In this document: one piece after another, positions 51,413-64,000 of the stretch
Position numbering within the stretch: the stretch's first letter is position 1
Layout of the letters: the number at the start of each line of letters is the position of its first letter
NCBI GenBank assembly: GCA_028023455.1
Contig: JAQFVV010000005.1
Location: forward strand, 19,282,001-19,346,000
Direction: 5' to 3'
Length of the DNA stretch: 64,000 nucleotides
Origin: Epiperipatus broadwayi
Lineage: Eukaryota > Animalia > Onychophora
Translations under genes and position numbers: made by a program
The notes under the pieces: generated by a model
Databases searched by the model: none
The model's input: the letters and a program-made list of their open reading frames with translations, nothing else
Told to the model about the DNA's origin: nothing

Positions 51413-54400
51413 AATAAATATTGTAGTTTGAATGCAAACTATTGCTGCTAATTTATTTTATTGAACATCTATTTGCGATTCTAGAATCATTCATGACTGG
51501 CCATTTGTTCAAATAAAATTGGGTTTATGAGGATTTAATTTGTTCATGTGCAGTGAGATGTTTTTAATATTGATGGTGACATTTGTTTGAAATGCAGTTA
51601 GTATAATTTGGGGAGGGGGGTAAATTTTGCCAGAAAGGGAAGAGTAATTTTTTATTTTATTTTTTATTATTATCTCAAGTGAATGTATATGTGTATAATA
51701 TATTATCAATGTTATTCCTTTAGATGTAAATTTATATCAAACAATTTAAATGACAGAATTTATATAAAAGTTAATATTTAATACTTAATTTATCAATATG
51801 TTATTAATTCCATTTGAAAAATGTTTTTTCGATAAATGATATTGACACAATAAATGATTATTCATAAGAAAAATACTTAATCAAGGAATTCGTGCATCAA
51901 TATCATTCGCTAATTCAGTAGGCGGAAGTTCCAAAAGATTATGAGGAAATGCCTTCTTAATAGTCATGGGACATACTAGTCTTCTGATTAAGAAGTAGCC
52001 AAAGCCATCTGAGAGAATTAGAACTACGTTAAAGACAGTATTTGATCGAACAGCATTCTTATCCATGACAGATTATTATACAACAAAAAATAATTTGAAC
52101 TTTATTAATTAGACTACAGAATGATAAGAGAGAAAAATTTATATAATGGATAATATTTCTGTAATGCAATAATTATTACACCACTCTCACACAAGGTTCA
52201 GCATGATGTCAGCTACAACCACTATCAATTTTCAAATATCTTAATTTCATATTATTTTTTAAATTGAACAGATGCTCCTCTCTGTATCTTTCGAAGTATG
52301 TCTGTTTTGCAAAAATAAAATTAATTTGAATTTAACACATATAGTTTTAATTTTATACCTCCCTTTTTTTTTTTTGCTTCAGCAGTATCTCTAGACGTGC
52401 CTCTATTTTTTTTCTTCTTTTTCAAATGGTAGCTTTTTTTTTTGCTGATATTTAAAAGCAATAAAATAAAACTTTTTATAACAAATAGCAACTGTAATAA
52501 GCAAATTTATTTCATTATGCTGATTATAAGAAAAGCTGTCAACTTAATCCAGTTAAACAAAAATAATTATATTTCATTTCCTGTCTATATTTTAAAAATT
52601 TTTTTATACATATAATTTAACACTTATTGTAAATAATGCATATAAAAAAAATCATATTTGAAATGATATGTATATTGTAACCTTGAAGAAGCATATAAAA
52701 AATTTTGATCACATGACTTTAATCTAATCCTAATCAACTGACCTATCGAAAATCATCTAACAATAACTGTATAGAAAATGATTACTACAACTGTGGCCAT
52801 TAAGAATGCTAGGACACAACACTATAAAATCCAAAACCATAGCACAAAACTCATAAAATAGATATATATAACATTATACAAACAAATAGGTAGAGTACAT
52901 GAGCCATAAATCCCTTCTTATCAAAACCTTATAAAATTATATAGAGCACATAGACTAAGCTAGCCATAACAACAAAAGAAAAGTGTAAAAATTAGTAAAA
53001 CAAACATCCTACTTGCAATAATGCAACATAGCAAGAATGTAAGAAAATATCTATTTGAAGGATAGATATTGAAATTAACAAAAATAAGGAAAATAAAACG
53101 AAGGAATGATGAACGAAAATGGAGAAAAATAAAGAAATAATGAAAGGCAAACAATAATTAATGATTACGACTGAATGATGAATAAATCTAAAGAATAAAA
53201 AAGATGGAAATGAAAATTTATGAAGATAATGAATTGCTAATTTTATGATGAAAATGGAAATCCATGAGGATGAATAAATTATGATGATATAAAAAAAATA
53301 ATATGACAAAAATTAGAAGAAAATAAGGACAAGAATGAACTTTTATGGTAATGATGATGATGATGATGGATTAATCCAATGTTGAAAAGACAATGGATTC
53401 AAAATTTAAATAGTCAAAAAGAATGAGTACAAATTTTTGGGTTATTAGTTAATTTCAATAATAATAAGAGATTAAGATAATGGAAATAAAATAGATTAAC
53501 AAATAAAGTTTAATAAGTAGAATCAATTTTTAAAGTTATTCATCAATGATTTCTCAGGATCTTATTAATTTTATAAATAATCATATAACGTATATCTGGA
53601 TAAACAAGAGGGATTTTATCGCTATCCAGACTTACAAATTGAAGTAAATAATGCCAAAAGAAATTACTAAGAAATATCTGATTCAGCTTATTAACAATAA
53701 TAATGACAAGACTCTAAACCTAATAATAATTTAACAAATCTCTAACAGTAATGTAAACCTAATAATAATATCAACAATCAGATAATCTTGAGAAATGTTA
53801 TGTAATATTTTGATCATAATTGCAGCAATAATGATGTTAAAAAAATAACATAATTCAAAAATTATTTAACTTTGATCTCCCTGACCCAGCATGACCAAAT
53901 TTAAATTTATGATTATGTTATCTAAATTACTATTGTATTACTTTCTTACAATCAATTATTTCATCCTTAAACTATTATCTTAAAATAGCATTCCTTAATA
54001 ATATCAACAATATCAATAGTGTGATATCATGTGCTCTGAAGTAATAATAACTAATATACATTGATTAATGATGTGCTGAAATAATAATATCTAAATAATA
54101 TTGGGTGATATGGCAATAACAATAGTATGGATAGTGTGAAGCAATTGCAATAAGTTGGATCACACAACTTACTAAATTTCAAAACAAAGGAAATTTTATT
54201 TACAAATAATTCTTTATTAAATTTTATATATAAAAAAAAAAATTATTAGAATAAATTTTAAAACTAATATAGTAGATCTACTTAGATCTTGTCAAAAAAA
54301 AAAATTACACTTTACTGGCTTATTATTTTTTATACAAAAAATAAAATAAAATACAAACAATAATCACAAGATTATTATCTAACTAATGATAAGCGAACAA

Positions 54401-56620
54401 AATTGACCACAATGTAATATTAAGATGATACATTTTTTTAAAATGCATTGATAATTATATCTATTTCATCATGTTGAATGATAATGCAACTTCCCTAACT
54501 TTATTTATATTTGAGGTTAAACTGGCAACATTTTTTTAACCTATATCCAAAATTGGCATGGTAGCATTCTATAATAAATAGTTTATAATAATTATATTTA
54601 TAAAGTGCATACTGGTTACTTAACGTATAACCTACTATTATACTTTTGTATACTATGGTTGAGAAACTTAATTCAATACTAGACTTAATTAAGAATAACA
54701 ATTTCTAAGTAAAACATATGTTTCATATCACTCTGAGTCAATAATAATTATAAAAAATAAGACAGTATTATAAGTTAATACTTAATATTATTATATTTTA
54801 TATAATCGTTTGTTTCAATGCTGACACAATTCTCTGGTCTACCTCATACTTTCCTTAGGATAATATTATCATTACAACATATTAGACCATCAGGAATCAA
54901 TGAGATGTAATCTAATTCTATAGGTAACATACCAATAAATATAATAATGATGAGCCAAGACAGATAAATCATAACCTGGACCATGGTCATTTCATGAGTA
55001 CATATAGTCTAATATCCAAGTGTCAAAGCTTTGAGCACCCATAAGGATATAAAAGAGAAGAGGCAGTTAATCCCTTTTTAATAATCACACAAAAATTATT
55101 TGTTAAACAGTATAGGCCTTGATAAAATTTTATGGGCATCTCCATGATTAACCCATGATAACGATTTAGCACTTTCACGTAGAATAAAGAAGAAATACAC
55201 CCTAATGTGAGATTACACGGATTACAACAGATAACAAATATCGCAACTCATCAGGTCATGATAGCCAACATGGCAACAAATCAAAATCAACAATGTCTAC
55301 ACTACAAGTGCGCAAACAATAACAAACGAAAATAATCATAAATGAATATATAGCAAAATTAAAATAGTAATTATTGATCCAAAAGTAATTAATGATAGAT
55401 AATAATTATCAGCAGTGTACTAATTCCATAATAGAATACATAACAAAATATTCATTATACTTAAATTCAATATTGAATTTTACTTTTCTGTGATGTTTTA
55501 ACAAATGGAACTTTACTAACCAAAAATAAAAAGTGACGACATAAAATTTATAAATTACTTTACTATATCTATATTACCTGTCTTGTGATCATATTTTACC
55601 AAAAATATAAAATTTTAAATACCAGGTACCTTGGATCTTTATATCTTATTTGCAAGTCAACTGCTCAATAATCTATTAACACTAAATACATAACAAGATT
55701 ATACAATTAAATACATAAAAATATATATATATTATTTAAGATTTTCTATATCTTCACCGAAGCAAAAAGGAACTTGGATATTCACTGCAGAATCATTTCT
55801 TGAGGCCATTATTATTTTTCCTTATTTCAAAACCAATAGCTATAAGCACTTTAAATACTCCAATTTTTTTTTTTTTTTAAATACTCCAATTACTTGAAAT
55901 AAATAATACAAAATTAAGTTATTTCCTGCTTCCTGTGAATGAACCAATGGAATTGCAGAAAAATATCAACATCCGTTTTGACATTGAAATATATTACATA
56001 CATTGAAGAACATCTGCGTTATCATTAATATATTTTTCATTATTTATAATAAATATTTGAAAATAAATATCAATTTATTTAAACTAATCATAATAAAAGA
56101 TTACAAATTATAAAGAAATTGCTAATTGTTAAAATAATTAAACTATTTATGATTTTTTTTTTAAACTGTAAGAAAACACAATCTTAGAATATTAACGCTG
56201 GTTTTAAAACAATATTATTATACATGGCTTTATAATTCCAGGTTAACAATTTGAAATATCCTGTTTAAATAACATTGTGTACCTTTGTTTATTATCAAGT
56301 TATTTCTTTAATGAATCACTAATTTTGAATTATTGTTAATTTAAAGATAATCGTAGTAGGGGGTAAATACTTTATTCAGTAATTGTCACAATCCATTATA
56401 ATAAAACAAAAGTCATATTCAGTTTTACATGTCAATTTAAGGTGATTTATAACTTAAGTTAGTAAGAATTTAAGCAAAAACAGTTGCCAAGAACTTTTAG
56501 CATTAAGAATCTATATTCATTTGCTACTAATTTAAAGTTAGAAATGTATGGGTTATTATTTTTTTTAATTAATAATGTTATTTATGAGTCAATAGCAGTA
56601 ATAAAATTAATACAGAATAA

Positions 56621-56890
56621 ACAAAGGCAAAACTCTCCATACATAGTCCACTCTCCCGAGTAATCAATGGATCCAGAGGCTTGTAAAAACCCTATCTGCC
56701 TACTCATCCAAATCCCCAGACTAGTTTTTCTTCATCACAGTGAGGCCTGACTGAGAGCACGCATCAGATCCAAGGCCCTCACGATGATGGCCAGCCAGAA
56801 ACTGCTGGGGAATTGATGAGAGGCACAGAAGGGGTTAGGCCTGGACCATTGATACTCTGGTTGCACGGCCTGTAAGGGTTTGCTTTGTTC
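56621..56890. mobile_element. Deletion-riddled fold-back copy of the retrozyme-like repeat
   Basis: Colinear with the family (GGCAAAACTCTCCATAC...CCCCAGACTAGTTT...CAGTGAGG then inverted GATCCAAGG..CCAGAAACT..TGGGGA) but with many 1-3 nt deletions. Confidence 0.75.
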
Positions 56891-58813
56891 AACAATTATG
56901 CAGATGGAGGGGGTTTAGTAATTCAGAATAACATTTCAATTTTCTAAAGGTATTCTTACAAGCACAAAAGAATTACTTTAGCTTTTACAAATATATAACT
57001 TTTAAAATAGTTTGCATAAAATTTTCTTCCTGTACGAAAAGTTCCAAAAATACTCTTTATCTTAACTTTGAAATTATAACACCAATGTCTTACGGTTTTT
57101 ACAATTAAAAGAATCTATAGATAATTTAGGAAAAAGTATGCTTATGGACAAATAGAACTTCTCCTGGGTATAATAATTCTTTGAAGCTATTTCTCCTGTT
57201 ATAGCTTTGGTCCAATTAGTGAAAATAAACTTTTTAAATTGTCAGCTAATGGTTCCAATGTTTGTTCTGTGAACGAAAGCATCTTTATTTTACTCCATAT
57301 TTTATGGAATAGCTAAAAATAATAATAAATTTTATACACAATATTTAGATGAAGAATAAGTCTCTCCTGATAGTTGGAAATAATCTACCATCTTTAAGTT
57401 TTTGCAATCCTATTTATAAACTTTAATTAAGGGTTGATTGCACATTAAAAACTAATCAAATTTCTTAATTGTTATCATAGATATTTGCTAAAAATAGCAA
57501 ATCTCTACCTTTTGACCTTAAATAAAATTAACTGAAATAAACAAGTTAGAATTAGAAAATATATAATAACTTGGAGAGAAAAATATATATATTTAATTAT
57601 TAAATATTTTATTTTACTCAAAATAATTCTAGTTTTGAGTTTTTAAATCTATCACTGAACAATAAAATATTAAAAATAATTACCTGCTTTATTTTAATCA
57701 CAAATATTACAAGTGATTTATCTGTCAAACTGTATATAAGCATGCCCACATACAATTTGGTAGAAATATAAAATATTGATTAACTAACGTGAACATTTGA
57801 TTACTTAGAGAGATAAAATATTGATTATCATTAGAATATTATTAAAAATTAAGTTTTCCCATCCTCATCTCACAATAATTAATAACTATTAGAACACACT
57901 AATGATTTTAACTATAAAATTAAATAATTAAACTTACAGTTTATAAAATTTTAACTCATTTATTAATAAAAATATGACTGGATCGAGATCAAATCTGATA
58001 AGAAGGTTACAATATATATATAACTAATATATAGCATTTGTAGTTGAAGTGTAACAAAAGTGTGTTGCATGTTAAAATTCCTACTTGTCATATAATTCCC
58101 AAATATTTTAATCGTGTTTAAAATTAGTTTCCAAATCATTTGCAATGATAAATGCTTGAAAAAAAAAACAAAAACAAATTTTATGCCTGCTTAAACTTTC
58201 ATGTGTTATTAAGTTAAATATCTAATAGATTCTTTAGATATTGATAATTTAATAAATAATGACCTATAGAGAAAATGAAACCCATACTCATAGTCAAAAG
58301 CATGTACAGGATTGATAATTATGATATTTAAGTGAGTAACAGATCAGTCTGTTTAATGTGAAAAAAGTGAATTAATAAAATGAAGTTATTTTAATTTCTT
58401 AGCAAGATTTTATAATATTATTATCTTAATCTGTCCACAGACAAATATATATATTTGATAAAATTTTCTGAACTCGTGGCTCATCTGTCAAATGAGAGTA
58501 AAACAAATTGCTTTTATGTAATTATTTTCTTTACAATATATGTAAACATGTTCTAACAGCTATGTACATAATAATGCAATATTTTTTAATAAAGAAAGCG
58601 GTGTAGAAATCATGTGTTTTTATTTTTTGAGATTCATTAGCAAATTCTTTCATCAAAGATTCACCAGTTCGTTGGGTGAAATTTCCATTAAGTATCAAAA
58701 AATGAAGGTTATTAATTTGAATGCTTATTTAGATTAAATATGCAGATTATGTATACATATATTTGCATAATACTAAGTATAATTAGATTGTTTTTTTTTT
58801 GTTTTTTTCCCAG

Positions 58814-58990
58814 AAATAAGCCTTGTTTGGAAATTGTTTTATGGAAGCCTTCTAGTGATTTAGTTAAAGAAACTGTCAAGACATTCACAAAATCCGAGTC
58901 TTTGACCCCAAATTCTGAAAAGACAAATAATAACAATAATAATACGCTTCAACAAGGAGAATCGCCTGAAATGCTGACTGCCGTTCTTAG
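58814..58990 (+). CDS. CCDC117: CCDC117-like protein, coding exon 5 (NKPCLEIVLWKPSSDL...EMLTAVLR)
   Basis: tttttttcccag| acceptor; 177 nt open; donor AG|gtgctt. LNKPCLEIVLWKP matches the hallmark MSRPSMELVLWKP motif recalled for CCDC117. Confidence 0.87.
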
Positions 58991-59499
58991 GTGCTTTTTC
59001 TTTACAATTATATAATAATTTATTTCTTTATTCGATTTGATATTTTTTGTATGTCATAGTTAATTTAGATATAAGTATTTACTGATTTTCTCAAGACTTA
59101 CATTTATTAACACCAATGGCATCTGTCTTCCAACTCCAGAAACTATAATGTCATCATTGATTACAAAGGAAAATAAGAGGCAGTATAATTAACTTCTACC
59201 CTAGTTTTTAATTACTAGGTCTTTTTCTGGTAGGAGGAAAACCATAAGAAAGTTTTATATATTTAAAATCAGAAAATTTGTCTTCATTTCTACTTGGTAT
59301 TCATTGTAACTTCTTAAGTTGGGAGACAGACATTACTAATGTAAATTTAAATAGACTTCTAAAAAGTCTTGTTTATGAAAATTAGACAAATGGTTGTCTG
59401 TAACATAATCGCTTTTACTTCCGATTTTGATTTCAAGGATTTGTTCCTTAAAGAATGTGATGTATTGAATGCTCTTATTGATTAATCTTGAGAAATGAT

Positions 59500-60780
59500 T
59501 TATTGATGAACTTTCAATAAATAATCAATATTAGTGCAATAAATAATTCTGAAAATGATCAATTTGAGGGAGATATGCCTATTGAGAAAGCTGATTTATA
59601 TGATAAGGATATGCTATAGATAAGGAGGGTGGGAAGGGAAATTCAAAGGAGGAAGAACGCATTATTAAGTAATTCTGTGATAACAGAGTGGAAAATGGAG
59701 AGATCTGAATAATTGGAGAGAGTTGGAGGAGATTTTTATAGAACAAAAATTAGATTTGTTAGAAGCAGTAGAGGGTATTTGAGAGATGAAGAATCATATT
59801 TTAAGAAATATGAATGCAAGATGATAAATAAATTAATGAAGATAAGAAAAGAGACAGTATAGATGCCATTATTAAGGAAGATATTTTAGAAAAAAATTGT
59901 AAAGAACATAGATAAAGAGATATGGATATGTGGCTTGTATATTTAGCTACTGAAAATAGCAAGGTTGTGAAAAAATACAATGAGAATATTTGGGAATGTT
60001 TAGAGAAAGATACATTTGAATTTACTGAAGAATTATTATAACATATTGATTGTAGATAATATGAATGATTATATTAATGAAATTGATAAAACAGAAAATG
60101 GAAATGCAGCATCAAAAAGGAGATGAATTGAAACTTAAAAATTTGAGTACTACAGTATATGATGGGAAGTTTGCCTTGTAAGAGCAGAGTTTGTGTGTTA
60201 TGTGTTTATAAAGAATTAGAAAAGATGAAAGAATTAAATTTTTAATAAAGAAATAAAAAGAGTGTATTAATAATCATAATTTTATATTCTTATTATTATA
60301 GAGATCTGAAAGATTAGGTGCTCAAACGGTTCAAACTTATAGAAAGATTATTAGAAATGGTTGAAGAATAAACTGGGATTAAATAAAATAGATTTAGTGA
60401 TAACTTAAAAAAAATTATGAAAAATAGTGAATTTGAAATTTATGAAGAGTAGACAGACAGACAGACATAGAAAAGATTGCAATTTAGTAAAAAATTAATA
60501 AGAGAAAATGGGAGGAAAATACATTAAAATTATTACAAAATGAAAAAAAGCATCTAGAGAATACTAAGAAATTGAGATGAGATAGATAGCTACTTAAAAA
60601 AAAAAAGAAATGTGTAGAATAAACTTAAAATGGAAATGTGGTGAACTTAAAACGTTAACTGAGGAAAGAGTATGTTATAAAAGCATGTGGGGATATATTT
60701 ATTTAGCAGATGGGTTTTTTGTTCCATAATAACTGTTAACAAAATGTGATTAAGATCTCTATGGAAAAAAGAAGCGCTTT
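59500..60780 (+). mobile_element. Highly decayed LINE-like purine-rich segment
   Basis: A/G-rich strand bias typical of LINE sense strands; no intact ORF or diagnostic motif was read. Confidence 0.25.
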
Positions 60781-61995
60781 ATTCAGCCTTCAATTCTACT
60801 ACTGCACTCATTAATTATGTGTCTCATAATTTGTTTGATCATATGTATATTAATTAAGTCGATGGCTGTAAATTTAATTTATGAAATAAATGAACATAAC
60901 ATCCATGATTCCTAAATCTGTTGGTGAAACTCCTGCAATGTCTAGCAGATAAATCCAGTAGGCTTTAGTGTTGGATCTGAGAAAAAAAAAAAGTCATTTT
61001 TTAGGAACCTTATAAGAGGTCCCTTTTTATGCCATAATTCTTCAGTTGTAGATTCGTGGTTGAGTTACCGGAAAAGGTAACTTCTCTTCTGATCTGTTGG
61101 AGGAACATGTAAAAGAATAGGAAGCCACTGCAAAAATTGGCTCGAATTTGCCAGTAATATTGGAGATATATAAAGAAGAATAAGAAAGAAAAAGTTGTTA
61201 TACTGTTTGAATGCAAAGTAAAAATAATATGAGGATAGGAAAGAACTTAATCAATTTGTAATAAAATCTTAAGTTGGTAAGTTAAATGTGATTCATTAGA
61301 GAGCTTAATTTTGATAAATGTAATTAGAATGCAGAATTAAATTAAACACTAAATAGATTAATAAAAGAAAAAACCAAACTGACTAGGTGTTGAATAGTAG
61401 TAGATTTGGGGAGATATGTAAGAATTGATTTAAAAGAAAGTTTTAATAAAATTATGCTTGATTATAAAATTAGAGAAGAATAGAAGAGGGTGAAAATTTG
61501 ATTAATATTGTAGATGGTTTTAGAATAAGGTTAAGAATAAATGATTTTAGAAACAATCTATTTCTGATTTCAATATTCAGTTTATTGTGTAATTGAAGTC
61601 ATTAGAATAACTTTGTTTTGTTTTTATTTGAAGATAAGATTTAAAACTATTTGATCTGAATGCTGTATCTCGTGAAAAATATTAGCTTTGAAACAGATCT
61701 GTCATGCTTTTGAGCTGATCGTCATGATTACTAAATTTTTACTGCCTTGAGATATAATTATAGTTATATATTTTGCTGCTAGGTGTTACTATTATCTCAT
61801 ATACAAGATATATGTAAAGAGATATCTTAAAGTGCCTCGATTAAAGTAGTTGCAACTAACATAGTTGTATTCAAGATATATGAATGAGATACAACAAGAT
61901 ATATGAATGAGATACAAGTTAGTTATAGCTTTGTTTCTAAGCTAATACTGCCATGAGATATAATCAGTATTTATATGTATTTATTTTTATTGCAG

Positions 61996-62077
61996 GCATC
62001 CTGTAACAAATATGGATTTTCTTTTACCCAATTTCCCTTCCAGTGCCAGTAATAATGACGATACCATGGATTTATAA
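61996..62077 (+). CDS. CCDC117: CCDC117-like protein, terminal coding exon (HPVTNMDFLLPNFPSSASNNDDTMDL*)
   Basis: ttattgcag| acceptor; frame continues to TAA at 62075-62077. The C-terminus DDTMDL resembles EEEMEL recalled for CCDC117. Total spliced CDS is 930 nt (309 aa + stop). Confidence 0.8.
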
Positions 62078-62199
62078 TACGTCCATTAGCTGACTTATAT
62101 GTATGAATGCAATCATGTACATTATAAAATATTTCTATCATCTTTTTCATCTTTATGCTGAATGTTTTTTAACACTAATGTTTTTTTATTTTATTGAAA

Positions 62200-62205
62200 A
62201 ATAAA
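62200..62205 (+). promoter_or_regulatory. Candidate polyadenylation signal AATAAA for the CCDC117-like gene
   Basis: First AATAAA ~120 nt after the stop codon, with T-rich sequence downstream. Such hexamers are common by chance in this AT-rich DNA. Confidence 0.35.
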
Positions 62206-64000
62206 AATTTTCTGTCAGAAATTTTTTTTCTTTTTTAAATTATACAAACATCTCATCATTTTGCAATATCTTCTTACAAATACATATATTAATTAATTAA
62301 TCAAATGAATTGTTTTTAAATCATGCTTAACGACCACAGCATACATTTTATACAAAAAAGCCTAAAATTACTAATTAGGCAAAATATATATATTAAAAAT
62401 TCAACAAGATATACATTTAAAAGACAAAAGAAGTGGTTTAATTATATTTATGATTTCTATCTAGCAACAGATTGATTCCTTAGTTATATATTATTGCCAT
62501 CTTACAGAAGACTAACATTTTTTGGTGAGTTGAACATTTGATTATCATTAGTGATTAAGTTTCTTAGCAGCACATTCTATTGTTATTGATAGTAATTTGT
62601 AAGCAGGAATATTTAGTCTTTGGGGATTTTTTTCCATATTACTATCACCAATGAGAAATAGTAAATGTATTGGCAGCAGATTAATTTTTAGTGCGCACAA
62701 AAGTAGTCTGAAAATTATTTATTACAAAATTTTTATTAAAATTATAAATTTAGCAAATGAATAAAAAATTATAGGTATATGTGTTTTTTTTTTATCTCAT
62801 TCCTCTCATAATTTGACATATTATAACCATGTTAAGACATTTACAAAACATAAAGAAAATTATTTTACCTTGTTCTGTACTTAACCACCAACTCATCTCA
62901 ATAATGTGACTTTTGTATTCGGCTAAGAAAAATTGTTTCAATGGCATTGGAATAGTATAATTTTTTGTTTTGTTATCTATTTAAAAAATAACTTCGTACA
63001 TTTAAAATCATTGCATTCCACCTAACTCTTGTAAGAATGTTATAGATCTTCAGGGCAACAGCTTTGCTGACTCCAAAGAGTCCCTAGCAGTGAACATTGA
63101 TCAGCCAATATGAATCAGTTATCAGTGATATCAACATAATTTTTCAAAATATTTATAAAACAATAATAAAGTACAAGATATGATTACATAATGATCACAT
63201 CATTTCATATTAGGTATATTCCAGAATTCTCAATCTATAGCTTCTGTCCGGTAAATTATTACCTTTCCATTTAAGTCTTAAAATCTCATAATCATTCAGT
63301 TTACAACTTCAGTCAACCATCTGTTATCATCTCTTCTGACAAAACCTGCCAACTTTATTTCAATTTTTAATTCTCACAACAATGTCATTTTTATCTATTT
63401 ATTCTTTCACTTGTCTATTTCATTTCAAGTCTGCAGTCTTGTCATTACTTTTATATAGTCCAAGCTTCAGAAAAAGTAATGAAAGATCACATAAAACTAT
63501 TTTCAGGTTTTCAGTCACATTTTCTTTCATATTAAGTTATTGGAAGGATTAATTTTTCCCATCATCATTCCATTCAAACTCAATAATTTGAACAAGGTAT
63601 TTCTAAATGTTGACTTCTAATTCACTATTATACATTAATCATTTTAATATTTATCTACGTTTTACTCTCACGTGATGATTGCCACAACACTGCTTCAGCG
63701 TAAAGCCTTATTAAAAAAAAAAAACAACAATCGTATTAGCTGGAAAAATTTAGATTCCTTAAGGAAATCCCTTCTAACTATAAGTCAAAAATGCTGCATC
63801 CTGTATAGTTTATCCAGTAGCAGAGTATTGCAGTAGAGAGCTAAAGATCTGTTTGAATATCATGTAACCTTCCAAGCAACTAAGCACTTGTTATCTACTT
63901 TATAATAAAAAGATGCTATATGATGTTTGGTGATGGTGTAAGCCACTGATAATCACAGCTCTTAAGAGAATTTTGAAGAAATGGAAGAGAAAAAATCTGA

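Noticed and set aside
51881-52066. Minus-strand 61-aa ORF ending FPHNLLELPPTELANDIDARIP
   Set aside because: No family motif recognised, no convincing splice sites and no partner exons; could be a chance ORF or a TE scrap.

Overview
AT-rich eukaryotic (metazoan, arthropod-like) genomic DNA. One protein-coding gene spans almost the whole window on the + strand. It has six coding exons (6706-6983, 21925-22014, 42710-42877, 47378-47512, 58814-58990, 61996-62077) that splice in frame through GT-AG, all-phase-2 introns into a 309-aa CCDC117-like protein. The introns and upstream region contain decayed transposons: RTE and other LINEs, a hAT/Charlie-type transposase, a Penelope-like GIY-YIG endonuclease remnant, a retroposed tRNA-Gly copy, and minisatellites. 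The most notable signal is a non-coding ~420-450 bp repeat family at about nine loci, in tandem and fold-back arrays. Each monomer carries a minimal type I hammerhead ribozyme (CUGAYGA-A-stem II-A-GAAAC-UA-GUC) at the tip of a ~150-nt rod-like stem, which is the architecture of a non-LTR retrozyme / satellite-2-like circular RNA element. A second, unrelated short repeat family carries a different hammerhead-like core. Ribozyme activity, expression and novelty are inferred by eye and untested.
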